DNA of 50,059 bases from an uncultured Chthoniobacterales bacterium (GTDB lineage: Bacteria > Verrucomicrobiota > Verrucomicrobiia > Chthoniobacterales > CALDSX01): the NCBI GenBank assembly GCA_937924445.1, contig CALDSX010000060.1, positions 1 through 50,059 of the forward strand, given 5' to 3'. A model generated the notes under the pieces. That model saw nothing but the letters and a program-made list of their open reading frames with translations, made no database searches and had not been told where the DNA came from. Every line of letters starts with the position of its first letter. The first letter of the stretch is position 1. Positions 38,829 to 48,673 of this stretch are shown piece after piece. The position numbers and the translations under genes are program-made.

Positions 38829-40801
38829 GACTTATCAGCCTCCTGCTGGGTAGCCTGTGCGCAGGCACGAAAAATAGTGTAGCTGAACATCTCTTCGAGA
38901 CCTTTAAATTCGGCCACAGGTTCCAGTACGCGTGAATTTTCTAACAGTTCGGCAAGTTCGGGGGAGAGCCTGCGTATCTTTTCCAATCCCGCTGCATAGA
39001 CATAGAGATCATCTCCCCCAAAATGAGCGTCGCGCAACGCTAATCGAAGCTGTTCTGCAGTTTCAACAACTTCGGCTCTGGGATCGTAAACCGCAATCTG
39101 CCCGGCGCTTGTGCCGACAGCCACGACGCGAATCGAGTGACTCAACTGCTTCGCTTGCGCGCCAACAAACTGCGACGCCTCACGCATTGGCTGGCGTGGT
39201 ATTGTACGGAGCAGCTTTCTGACATCGGCAGTGACAAAAACAAATACTCCTATGAGAAGACAGCTCACTGTGATGCGGCCCCAGGCACGAACAACCGATT
39301 GGGAGGGTGTTACGGGAAGGCCAGCACAAGCACATGAGAGTGACAGAACCGGCAGACTGAAGATTAAATACCAACTAAAAAGGAAATTTCCGCTTAGTTT
39401 ATTGTGCGCTAAAGCCAGAACCGGACCGAGAAAGCCGGTGCTAATTAACGCACCAAACTCAAATCGCCGTCGCCAGCAAAAAAAACATCCCATTAAAGTT
39501 GCGCACGGGATTATCACCAGGAGAAACCAAAATGTAATTGGCTGATCTGAGGCGAGATCGATCAGGCCAAGACCAAGATGAGAACCTGAATTCCCGCATG
39601 TCTTCCACGGTAGACCACATAGAAGGTGGGCAAAAATGTCTTTTGCCCAATCCCAGTCCATGGTGCCCCGGGCAATTTCTCTTTGAAGATAAAGACGAAC
39701 TTGCGGGATCGAGGGAGAATAAAGCTGAAAAAATAATATTGCTGAAATAATCTCCGCCACAATAAGGCGCCCACACCTCTGCCCTCCCGAATTGAAACCC
39801 CAGACCAAGGTAATAATGGCCATTCCGACTATAAAAAGTGCTGCGGCCTCGTAGATCGCTCCCGGAAATGCAAGCATAAATAACGCCTGGCATACCGCAA
39901 ACCCAAGCCACCATCGAAGCTCATTACGTCGGAGCGCTCTGATGAGCATAATCATCGCCAGAGTCAAAAACAGCATTAACAGCGCATAACCACGTCCTTC
40001 AGTTGAATAACGAATATGCCATGGATGGAACGCGAGAAGGCATGCAGCACCCAAACCGGTGAATGGCGCCCCGTTAATGGCTCCAAGCCAAGCCAAGGCC
40101 AAAATCGAAAGTAGCCCCGCGATTAAGGATGGGAATCTAAACGCCACTTCACTAAATTCCCCCTCTTTTGCTCCTGAAAACATCGCCCAAGCGCCTAAAC
40201 TCCACTTCGCACAAACACTGAACAGAATGTGATTGTTCGCGCCACGGTTAAGAAAGAGCGTTTCTTGCCAGCTGACGCCATGAAACTGCAACTGAGAGCC
40301 GCCGGGATGATTGGACGCAGGACGCTCACATCCCCAAACATACCGGCGCAGAGAGTAGGCTTCGTCATTCCAAAGACTGTGAGTAAGACGGGGCACCCTT
40401 TCGGCCAGCGCAAAGCCCAAAGATGCAAGAAGTAACAGCATCCACAAAAGCTTTACTTTTGGTGAGCCAAAACAGTCCGCAGGAAGTATTCTCTCTCTTC
40501 CGATCTCCGCTCCGCTTGGTTCTCTCTTTTTTAAACACCAAAAGCTTGTTGTTGCCCCCAAGATCGAGAGCAGGAGGGTGTTACACACTCCGGCGTACCA
40601 TAAACCACTGGTGGCATATTCATTCACACGGGGCGCGAGTCCTTTGGCCACTCGCGCTTCTACACCTCGCTCCCAAGGTTTATCAGCGCGAATCAACCAA
40701 ACTGCGCAAAGCAGAGCAAGAGAGTAGAGGACGACAGAAATAATTCGATGCGTCTCTAGAAATGGTGTGAAAACAGGGCGCACCCAGTGAAAATTCATCA
40801 A
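38825..40801 (-). CDS. GT-C membrane glycosyltransferase (PMT_2/ArnT-like)
   Basis: SLWNDEAYS acidic loop motif, NNH, FRFPSLIAG, HIRYSTEGRGY; many TM segments; its stop overlaps the coaB-like start. Confidence 0.78.
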   Translation of the reverse strand: MMNFHWVRPVFTPFLETHRIISVVLYSLALLCAVWLIRADKPWERGVEARVAKGLAPRVNEYATSGLWYAGVCNTLLLSILGATTSFWCLKKREPSGAEIGRERILPADCFGSPKVKLLWMLLLLASLGFALAERVPRLTHSLWNDEAYSLRRYVWGCERPASNHPGGSQLQFHGVSWQETLFLNRGANNHILFSVCAKWSLGAWAMFSGAKEGEFSEVAFRFPSLIAGLLSILALAWLGAINGAPFTGLGAACLLAFHPWHIRYSTEGRGYALLMLFLTLAMIMLIRALRRNELRWWLGFAVCQALFMLAFPGAIYEAAALFIVGMAIITLVWGFNSGGQRCGRLIVAEIISAILFFQLYSPSIPQVRLYLQREIARGTMDWDWAKDIFAHLLCGLPWKTCGNSGSHLGLGLIDLASDQPITFWFLLVIIPCATLMGCFFCWRRRFEFGALISTGFLGPVLALAHNKLSGNFLFSWYLIFSLPVLSLSCACAGLPVTPSQSVVRAWGRITVSCLLIGVFVFVTADVRKLLRTIPRQPMREASQFVGAQAKQLSHSIRVVAVGTSAGQIAVYDPRAEVVETAEQLRLALRDAHFGGDDLYVYAAGLEKIRRLSPELAELLENSRVLEPVAEFKGLEEMFSYTIFRACAQATQQEADKS

Positions 40802-40954
40802 CTATCCATACTGAACCCTAGGCCAATCAAAAGGCAAGACGATTAAGTTCGACTAGAGGGACTTTTTTAATTTGAGCTTGAAGCCTTTCCCAAGCCTCTA
40901 GAGTTGCCTTAGGGAAAAGAGTCGACAGTCATCACTTGCACAGAAGAAAATTCT

Positions 40955-43357
40955 TCAATGATGCACTGGAATTCGCATGCCGTAGAAGCTGCGAATGACA
41001 AAGACCAACCCAATAGCGAGGAAAATCGCTGAGAACCACGGGGCGATTGACTTTGCATTAACGGCGATTTCAACCGCAAGTAGGCCGAACAATGTGGTGA
41101 ATTTGATGATCGGATTCAGTGCAACTGAGGTGGTATCCTTAAAAGGATCACCCACCAAATCGCCGATCACTGTGGCGTCATGAAGCGGAGTCCCTTTTTG
41201 TTTGAGCACCACCTCGACGACTTTCTTGGCATTGTCCCAACAGCCACCGGCATTAGCCATCGAAATGGCCGCAAAAAGACCGAAGAAGGCTATTGAGATA
41301 AGGTAAGCGACAAAGAAGACGGGGTTGAGATTTGCAAAAGCCAAGGCTAATGCAAAAATCGCAATGAAAATATTCATCATTCCCTGCTGTGCATAAACAG
41401 TGCAGATTCGGACGACTTCTTTACTGTCTTTCATAGAGGCTTTTGTTGCACCGTCAAGCTTCATGTGTTGTTTGATGTAATCCACCGCGCGATAAGCGCC
41501 TGTAGTAACAGCCTGCATAGAAGCACCACTGAACCAATAGATAACAGCACCGCCCGCAAGCAGACCGAGTATGACCCAAGGCTCGACGATGCTGAGGTTT
41601 GCCAGGCTCTCCCATCCTTCATGTTTCTTGAGCATGAGAATGAGCGAAAAGATCATCGTTGTTGCGCCAACCACCGCAGTACCGATGAGCATGGGTTTTG
41701 CGGTGGCTTTGAAGGTATTTCCACAGCCGTCGTTTTCTTCAAGAAATTCTTTACCTTTCTCAAAGTCGGGTTTGAAGCCAAAATCCCTTTCAATCTCAGC
41801 CGAGGCATTAGGTAGTTGCTCTATAGTGGAAAGCTCAAACACCGATTGCGCATTGTCTGTAACTGGGCCATAAGAGTCGACAGCGATTGTTACAGGTCCC
41901 ATGCCCAACATACCAAAGGCAACGAGACCAAAAGCGAAAACCGCTGCGTAACCCATTACATTTTCAGGTATCCCCGTGCTCGCTGCGTAAGCTATTAGCA
42001 TGAGAGTACCGATGGCAATTCCTTTCCAAAAGGCTGAAAAGTTTCCTGCCACAATTCCCGAAAGAATGGTAAGTCCCGCCCCTCCCTCTTTAGTGGCTTG
42101 AACGACCTCGCGGCAGTGCGCTGAGTTCATTGATGTAAAAACGCGTGTCAATTCAGGGATAACAGCCGCCGCGATTGTGCCACAAGAAATGATGGTGGCC
42201 AATTTCCACCAAAGATCGCCGAATTGCGCCTGAAGCATGGTGTAGCTCAAAAGATAGGTAGCACCGATACATAGAATGGAAGTAAGCCAGACCAAAGCAG
42301 TAAGTGGATGCTCAAAATCGAATTTTTTACTGGGATTATAAAGTGCACGGGTGATGGTCTCATTGATTTTCCATGCTCCTATGGAAATACCGACCATTAC
42401 AATACGCATTGTAAAAATCCAAACGATGAGGCTCCATTGAAACTCTGGTAAAACTGCAAGGCAAATGAAGCTGATGAGCGCGACGCCGGTGACGCCGTAG
42501 GTCTCAAACCCGTCCGCTGTTGGCCCCACAGAATCCCCCGCGTTATCGCCAGCGCAATCTGCAATCACGCCGGGGTTGCGTGCATCATCCTCTTTGACCT
42601 TGAACACAATCTTCATCATGTCGGAGCCGACGTCAGCGATTTTAGTAAAAATACCGCCGCAGATACGCAAAACCGAAGCACCGAGGGACTCGCCGATCGC
42701 GAACCCGACAAAACAGACTCCAGCAAGCGCTGGATCCACAAACTTAAGCACGATCAGCATCATGATTAACTCGACACTAATAAGCAGCACGCCGATGCTC
42801 ATACCGGAGCGCGTTGGTATCTCTGAAAGTGCCAGAGGGTTGCCCTTCAAAGAGGCAAATGCCATTCGACTGTTAGCAATGTTGTTGATGAGTATGCCAA
42901 ACCAGGCGACCGCAAAAGAACCTGCCATTCCAATGAGGGACCAAAACAGGATAAGACCGACGTGCGGCAGAGGCATTTTCAGCAACACACCAAAGTAAAA
43001 GGCCATCGTCAGGCCGATGATTCCAAATAAAATTAACAAAAGACGTCCCTGTTGGAGCAAATACGTTTGGCAGGTGGCGTAGATAAGTTTTGATACGTCA
43101 AGCATACTGCTGTGCGCTGGCAACTTTTGAAGTCCGAGGTATTGAACCAGACCAAAGACCATACCCAGTGCGCAAACTCCCAGCCCTATCCAAAGAATAG
43201 CGGAGCCGGAAAGGCTGAGCCCGAAAAGATTAAATAATGCTGAGCGATCGTCAGGTAACTTCAATGAAGCGTCGCCAGCGGCAAAGGCAGGCGAGCCGAT
43301 AGCGAACAGAATGAGGATGCTAAGAAGCACCATAAAGTAGGTTTTATTCTTAGTCAT
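40955..43357 (-). CDS. hppA: Membrane-bound proton-translocating pyrophosphatase, K+-independent type
   Basis: GGIFTKIADVGSD, EDDARNPGVIADCAGDNAGD, DSYGPVTDNA, GNTFKA, GGCWDNAKK, GDLVGDPFKDT; start set at MTKNK. Confidence 0.93.
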   Translation of the reverse strand: MTKNKTYFMVLLSILILFAIGSPAFAAGDASLKLPDDRSALFNLFGLSLSGSAILWIGLGVCALGMVFGLVQYLGLQKLPAHSSMLDVSKLIYATCQTYLLQQGRLLLILFGIIGLTMAFYFGVLLKMPLPHVGLILFWSLIGMAGSFAVAWFGILINNIANSRMAFASLKGNPLALSEIPTRSGMSIGVLLISVELIMMLIVLKFVDPALAGVCFVGFAIGESLGASVLRICGGIFTKIADVGSDMMKIVFKVKEDDARNPGVIADCAGDNAGDSVGPTADGFETYGVTGVALISFICLAVLPEFQWSLIVWIFTMRIVMVGISIGAWKINETITRALYNPSKKFDFEHPLTALVWLTSILCIGATYLLSYTMLQAQFGDLWWKLATIISCGTIAAAVIPELTRVFTSMNSAHCREVVQATKEGGAGLTILSGIVAGNFSAFWKGIAIGTLMLIAYAASTGIPENVMGYAAVFAFGLVAFGMLGMGPVTIAVDSYGPVTDNAQSVFELSTIEQLPNASAEIERDFGFKPDFEKGKEFLEENDGCGNTFKATAKPMLIGTAVVGATTMIFSLILMLKKHEGWESLANLSIVEPWVILGLLAGGAVIYWFSGASMQAVTTGAYRAVDYIKQHMKLDGATKASMKDSKEVVRICTVYAQQGMMNIFIAIFALALAFANLNPVFFVAYLISIAFFGLFAAISMANAGGCWDNAKKVVEVVLKQKGTPLHDATVIGDLVGDPFKDTTSVALNPIIKFTTLFGLLAVEIAVNAKSIAPWFSAIFLAIGLVFVIRSFYGMRIPVHH

Positions 43358-43424
43358 GATCGCGTTACCATTCGAAGTAGATAACATAACATTGAAAGTA
43401 AAAAGAATTTTTATGAAGAGAACC

Positions 43425-44912
43425 TTAGACTTCCTCCACGGTTACCTCGTGTTTTGCTCCGTTGATCGTGAGCACAAGATTATGGGCTTTTTTACCGTGA
43501 CCATCTGTTGATGTGGAGCTACTGGCAGCAGGAGGCGAGGAGGGCTTGGCGGGAGGTTTTTCAGGGGTCGCTTTGCCGGTCAACACACGCTCGGTTTCGA
43601 TAGGGAACATTGCGTAAAGAACCGCAGCCTCATCGGTTGAAGGAAGATTTTTGGATGCGAGTTCCTCTTTAATTTTCTCCATTCGGGGTTCAAGAAGGTC
43701 CGCGGGCCGCCCCTCTATGGGGAAATGGCCACTTTTCTTTTTCACTTCCTCAAGGAGATTTACATCGACTGGACCCGGCGGACGGCCATATTTGCCTAGA
43801 ACAACATCCATTGCCGGCTGGGAGATCATTTTCCAGCGCCCGAATTTCACGTTAAGCATTGCCTGGGTGCCAACAATCTGGGAGGTTGGGGTGACCAGGG
43901 GGATCCAACCTAGACATTTGCGCACGTAGGGTATTTCGAGCATGACTTCGTCCCATTTGTCGGCCATTCCCTGCTCTTTAAGTTGGTTTTTAAAGTTCGA
44001 AAGCATGCCCCCTGGGACCTGGAAACAGAGGATGTCTGAGTCCACCTTTTCGTTGGTATGACTGGTAAACGATGAGAGTTCGACGTAGACCTTTTCGAAG
44101 TGATTCCGCAGCTTCGTGAGCGTATCGAGCTTGTAGTGAGGGCAGCGTGGGCTGCGCTCAAGCATGGACATCATTAGAACGGTGTCAGGCTGGCCGGTGC
44201 CATTAGCAAAAGGAGCAATCGAGGTGTCCACAACATCCACACCGGCCTCACAGGCGGCATAATAGGAAGCGGCTGCCATCCCTGCCGTGCTATGGCTGTG
44301 AAGAATAACAGGAATTTTGAGGCGCGCTTTGAGCTCTTTTACGAGATCATAGGTCACGGAGGGAGAAATCAAACCTGCCATATCCTTTATGCATACTGAA
44401 TCGCACCCCATCTCCTCTAATTCGACGCCCAATTGAATAAAGCCCTCAACTGTGTGGACAGGGCTGGTCGTGTAACAGATAACGCCTTGAGCGTGCTGTC
44501 TGGCTTCTTTAACGGCGGCAATGGCTGTTTTTAAGTTGCGCGTATCATTCAACGCGTCGAAAATACGAAAGATATTCATCCCATGTTTCGCTGCAGCGAG
44601 TACGAAAGCCCGCACGACGTCGTCTGGAAAACTCGTATACTGAACGATGTTTTGACCACGCAGAAGCATCATGTGAGGAGTTTTTGGGGAGAGCTTTTTC
44701 AGCGCGTCGAGGCGGTCGAAGGGGTTCTCTGCAAGGTAACGGAGACAAGAATCAATAGTGGCCCCTCCCCATGTTTCGAGAGCGTTAAAGCCGAGACTAT
44801 CGAGATCTGCGACTGCGGGGAGCATTTGCGATGTAGTCATCCGTGTGGCGGCAAGGGATTGGTGACCGTCACGCAGGACGGTGTTGTTAAAGGCAAGAGG
44901 CGCGGTGTTCAC
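43425..44912 (-). CDS. Pyruvate/oxaloacetate carboxyltransferase (transcarboxylase 5S / OadA / PycB-like) with no biotinyl domain
   Basis: LRDGHQSLAATRM, WGGAT, MLLRGQN, FRIFDALND, IKDMAG, HSH, PGGM, PLVTPTSQIVG; no AMKM motif. Confidence 0.9.
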   Translation of the reverse strand: MNTAPLAFNNTVLRDGHQSLAATRMTTSQMLPAVADLDSLGFNALETWGGATIDSCLRYLAENPFDRLDALKKLSPKTPHMMLLRGQNIVQYTSFPDDVVRAFVLAAAKHGMNIFRIFDALNDTRNLKTAIAAVKEARQHAQGVICYTTSPVHTVEGFIQLGVELEEMGCDSVCIKDMAGLISPSVTYDLVKELKARLKIPVILHSHSTAGMAAASYYAACEAGVDVVDTSIAPFANGTGQPDTVLMMSMLERSPRCPHYKLDTLTKLRNHFEKVYVELSSFTSHTNEKVDSDILCFQVPGGMLSNFKNQLKEQGMADKWDEVMLEIPYVRKCLGWIPLVTPTSQIVGTQAMLNVKFGRWKMISQPAMDVVLGKYGRPPGPVDVNLLEEVKKKSGHFPIEGRPADLLEPRMEKIKEELASKNLPSTDEAAVLYAMFPIETERVLTGKATPEKPPAKPSSPPAASSSTSTDGHGKKAHNLVLTINGAKHEVTVEEV

Positions 44913-44963
44913 AATCTTTTAGGTACTTGGGTGTTGGGGCAGCGTGTGAAGGTGGAAAATAAA

Positions 44964-44994
44964 GATTAGAAAAGAGGCTTGCTGGGCGCAAGCC
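44964..44994 (-). promoter_or_regulatory. Hairpin overlapping a sigma70-like promoter between the TPR gene and the carboxyltransferase
   Basis: GGCTTGC/GCAAGCC stem (44976-44994) followed on the minus strand by TCTTTTCT; the same minus-strand bases read TTGCGC-17 nt-TAATCT. Confidence 0.45.
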
Positions 44995-45044
44995 GAATTT
45001 TGCGGAAGATTAGGAAAACTTATTTGAGTCTTCAGCCAAGTCGT

Positions 45045-46790
45045 TTAGAAACCGACTCTTAACGTCAGGTCTTTTCGGACCATGTCGGCTATCTTTCTCT
45101 CTTCAGGTAGTCGAATCTCCTTCTCAGCTCGATCAAGAAGTGCCGCGGCCGTCTCGGGATCGTCATGAGTTTTCACAACGGCACCTATGAGCGCGGATGC
45201 GCTGGAACAAAAAGAGGATTCTGTAAGGGAGGAGAGTAGCATACGCGCTTTTTCGAAATCCCCTAATTTGAAAGCTGCAAAGGCGTAACAACAGATGGCG
45301 TCAACATTTGTTGGAGAGTTTTTCACGAGGCGTTCCGCACGTTCGATCAATTCTTCGTTAAAGTTCTCGAGAAGGAGACTGAGGTAGATGGCCTTTATCT
45401 CGTAATTAGGATCACCTGCTGATGTGGAGGCGAGTTCGGCATAGAGATCCAATAACTTTTCAGTTTGATGTGTCTCGAGATATCTCGTCTCAGCAATCGG
45501 CAAAGCGATTCGTCGGTAGAAGGGGTCTATAAACGCCAGGCTGTGCCAGGCGTCGACAGCTTCAGGAAGGCCCCACTTCTCTAATAGTAAAGCGACGTAG
45601 GCCAGACCATCGGGATCTGACTTGCCTCGCTGAAGAAGCGATGCCAGGAGATTGCCACTGACGATTTTTGTCTCGCGAGCCAGCCAGAGTTTGAATGCCA
45701 ATGCCGCTGTTTGCATTGTGTCCCAAGACGGCCGCTCCAAAGCTCTCTGAAGACCTTGGATGTCCGAGGCTTCCTGCGCCATTTCAGCATCAAGAAGCGC
45801 GAGGTGAGGATGATTGAGAACCGTATTCGATTGAAAATCAACGAGGAACTGGCGGACAAGCTGCGATTGTCCGCGTGCGCGGAGATGACGCAAATAACCA
45901 GCCAAAAGCCAAGGACGATCGCCCTGCTCTCTAAGCAATTGATGTAATAAGTCGGGCAGTTGTTCAGGGCACCAAAGTGCAACCGCATCGAGATAGAGCT
46001 TGTAGTGAAAGGACCCTGGTGTGGTCTCTTTTTCAAGTGCATGCAGAAGGCGTTTTTTTTCTTCAACAGTGGGAGCTATAGCGGGATGACGAATAGCTGC
46101 TTCCACCCAGACAGCGGCAGCCCGTTCCGCAAATTTGGGGCGTCCAGAAAATGACTTCAGGCTGGCAAGCGCTGCGTCGGCTTCCGAGGGCTCTGAACAC
46201 AACCATGCGATGATCGCATTAAACGCCGCAGTATCGGATCCTGGATCGAAGCGGAGAGCTTTCAGAAACTCACTCCGTGCTGACTGATATTCATTGAGAG
46301 CCATGTAAGTAAGACCGCGCAGCTCATGAATTTTTGAGTTGTGCGGTGTGGTTTTTTCTTCCGGCTTTGAGACAAGAGAGTCAAGGATAGCTTTTGCCTC
46401 GGGCACTTGGCCGAAGTGAATTAAAGCTGTAGCCAAGTCGAGGTTTGCCTTAATGTCCTCCGGAGCAGTTTCGAAAACACGTCGCCAGAAAACAACGGCC
46501 TTTGGATCTCCCATCGCTTCGTGTATTGTTGCCACCAAGGTGAGAAGATCTCGATCCTGGGGATATTTTCTCAAGACCTCTCCGAGTCGAAGGAGTGCCA
46601 AATCGAGACGCCCCTGCCCGCATAAACCTCTCGCAGCGTTCAATGCTACCTTGATGCGGTGTCCACGGAAGGCGGTGCGTATATCATCCAATTTAAAGAT
46701 GATGGCTATTACAAAGATCAGTAGCCCGGTAAACACCCATATTATCGGCGAGAAATAAATGCTCCGCTGGATCAAAGCGGGCTTAGACAT
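45045..46790 (-). CDS. Membrane-anchored tetratricopeptide-repeat protein
   Basis: One N-terminal hydrophobic helix followed by TPR-like repeats (for example HELRGLTYMALNEYQSARSEFLKALRFDP). Confidence 0.78.
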   Translation of the reverse strand: MSKPALIQRSIYFSPIIWVFTGLLIFVIAIIFKLDDIRTAFRGHRIKVALNAARGLCGQGRLDLALLRLGEVLRKYPQDRDLLTLVATIHEAMGDPKAVVFWRRVFETAPEDIKANLDLATALIHFGQVPEAKAILDSLVSKPEEKTTPHNSKIHELRGLTYMALNEYQSARSEFLKALRFDPGSDTAAFNAIIAWLCSEPSEADAALASLKSFSGRPKFAERAAAVWVEAAIRHPAIAPTVEEKKRLLHALEKETTPGSFHYKLYLDAVALWCPEQLPDLLHQLLREQGDRPWLLAGYLRHLRARGQSQLVRQFLVDFQSNTVLNHPHLALLDAEMAQEASDIQGLQRALERPSWDTMQTAALAFKLWLARETKIVSGNLLASLLQRGKSDPDGLAYVALLLEKWGLPEAVDAWHSLAFIDPFYRRIALPIAETRYLETHQTEKLLDLYAELASTSAGDPNYEIKAIYLSLLLENFNEELIERAERLVKNSPTNVDAICCYAFAAFKLGDFEKARMLLSSLTESSFCSSASALIGAVVKTHDDPETAAALLDRAEKEIRLPEERKIADMVRKDLTLRVGF

Positions 46791-46819
46791 AACTCGTAGG
46801 TGCGTCGGTGAGATTTTTC

Positions 46820-48508
46820 TTAGGTGTATTTAAGAACCTCTTCGATCGTGGTTTCGCCATCGTAAATGTTCCTGAGGCCGTCCTCGCGGAGCGTGACCAT
46901 TCCGAGTTCGATCGCCTTCTGCTTGAGGGTCACTGTCGGTGCTCGATGGTTAATCATCTCCCGCAGAGGATCTGAAATATCGAGAAGTTCATAAATCCCT
47001 TTTCGACCTTTGTAGCCTGTTTTGTTGCAGAGGTCGCAACCACGCCCATAGTAGAAATCCTTATCTCCTATATCGTGAGCGGAGAGACCGAGTTGCATGA
47101 GCACTGAATCGCTTGGCTCGTATTGTGAACGGCAGCTAAGGCAGATTTTGCGGAGAAGCCGCTGGGCAAGGACAGCTTCGAGTGTGGCTGAGAGGAGGAA
47201 TGGCTCTGTGCCCATGTCGAGAAGGCGCGTAACAGCACCTGGTGCATCATTGGTATGAAGGGTTGAGAGGACGAGGTGTCCTGTGAGCGAAGCCTGGATG
47301 GCAATCTGAGCCGTTTCGAGGTCGCGCATCTCCCCGATCATTATTCGGTCGGGATCTTGACGGAGAAAGGCACGGAGAACGCGGGCGAAGGTCAGGCCAA
47401 TAGCTTCATGGATCGGCACTTGCATGATCCCCTCTATCTCATATTCAACAGGGTCCTCCGCTGTCAACAGTTTTGCATCAATAGTGTTGATGCGACGCAG
47501 ACAAGAATAGAGCGTAGTTGTTTTGCCAGCACCTGTCGGGCCAGTGACGATGAAAATGCCATTTGGTTTTTCGATTGTTCGTTTGATGTATTCGAGAATG
47601 TTGTTGGGCATTCCCAAACTCTCGAGCTCAAGATTGACTGTAGAACGGTCGAGGACACGCAAAACAACACTTTCACCGTGTTGCGTCGGAAGAGTCGATA
47701 CACGCAAGTCTACCTGTTTACCACCGATATGTTTCTGGATGCGTCCGTCCTGCGGCAGTCGCCTCTCTGCAATGTTCAGATTTGACATGACTTTGACCCG
47801 AGAAATTACTGGCAAGGCAAGATGACTCGGAGGAGGCGCCATTTCGTAGAGCGCCCCATCCACACGGTAACGGATTTTGAATTCAGTCTCAAACGGCTCA
47901 AAATGGATGTCGCTTGCACGGGCTAAAATCGCCTGCTGCAAGACGAGGTCCACATAGCGGATAATTGGCGCTGCATTTGCCTCCGCGGCAACGTCCGCCT
48001 CGTTTTTTGCCTCCTCTCCTACGCCGAACTCCACGCCAGTAGAGTTCAACTGCGCAAGAACGTCGTCCATATTAGAAACATCTGCTCCGTAATACTTCTG
48101 AATCGCCTCTTCAATTTGAGACACAGCAGCGACAACAGGGCGGATTTCACGTCCTGTCGCAAAACGGAGATCCTCGATAGTTTGCAGATTGAGCGGATCA
48201 ACGAGAGCGACGACAATCGCATTGTCTTCAATGCCGACAGGAAGAGCTCCATGCAGCTTCGCAAGACCCGCAGGGAGCAACCGCAAAAACTCAGGCGGCA
48301 CTTCGAACCCTTTCAGATCCACATAGGATGTGTCAAGAAATTGGGCGATCGCGTGATAGAACTGATCAGGCGTAAGAATCTCCATATTGGCAAGAACATC
48401 AACAACACTCAAACCAGTGTTATTTACTTCCTGCATAATATCATCCGCCTGGTTGGTTTGGATGATTCCTCGTTCGATAAGCACTTCAACAACCTGCGGA
48501 TTGTTCAT
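46820..48508 (-). CDS. pilB: Type IV pilus / type II secretion assembly ATPase (PilB/GspE family)
   Basis: ASDIHFEP, ERRLPQDGR, Walker A GPTGAGKTT, EDPVE, LRQDPD, TGHLVLSTLHTN, CxxC...CxxC, GYKGR. Confidence 0.9.
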   Translation of the reverse strand: MNNPQVVEVLIERGIIQTNQADDIMQEVNNTGLSVVDVLANMEILTPDQFYHAIAQFLDTSYVDLKGFEVPPEFLRLLPAGLAKLHGALPVGIEDNAIVVALVDPLNLQTIEDLRFATGREIRPVVAAVSQIEEAIQKYYGADVSNMDDVLAQLNSTGVEFGVGEEAKNEADVAAEANAAPIIRYVDLVLQQAILARASDIHFEPFETEFKIRYRVDGALYEMAPPPSHLALPVISRVKVMSNLNIAERRLPQDGRIQKHIGGKQVDLRVSTLPTQHGESVVLRVLDRSTVNLELESLGMPNNILEYIKRTIEKPNGIFIVTGPTGAGKTTTLYSCLRRINTIDAKLLTAEDPVEYEIEGIMQVPIHEAIGLTFARVLRAFLRQDPDRIMIGEMRDLETAQIAIQASLTGHLVLSTLHTNDAPGAVTRLLDMGTEPFLLSATLEAVLAQRLLRKICLSCRSQYEPSDSVLMQLGLSAHDIGDKDFYYGRGCDLCNKTGYKGRKGIYELLDISDPLREMINHRAPTVTLKQKAIELGMVTLREDGLRNIYDGETTIEEVLKYT

Positions 48509-48673
48509 AAGTTAAAATTCTAGTCAAAAAGAGCTGCAACGACAAGTGGCTCGAATTAGCAAACTGAATTTTTCTTGAGTGGAAACGCACCGGAAAACCT
48601 CGACGCAAAAAGACTCGAGAACAGGCCTTATTGACACAAAATTCCTCAACACGCTTTCAAAGAACTCATTTAT

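Noticed and set aside
40885-40920. Imperfect inverted repeat downstream of hppA as a terminator
   Set aside because: Weak, interrupted stem with no adjacent U-tract on the minus strand
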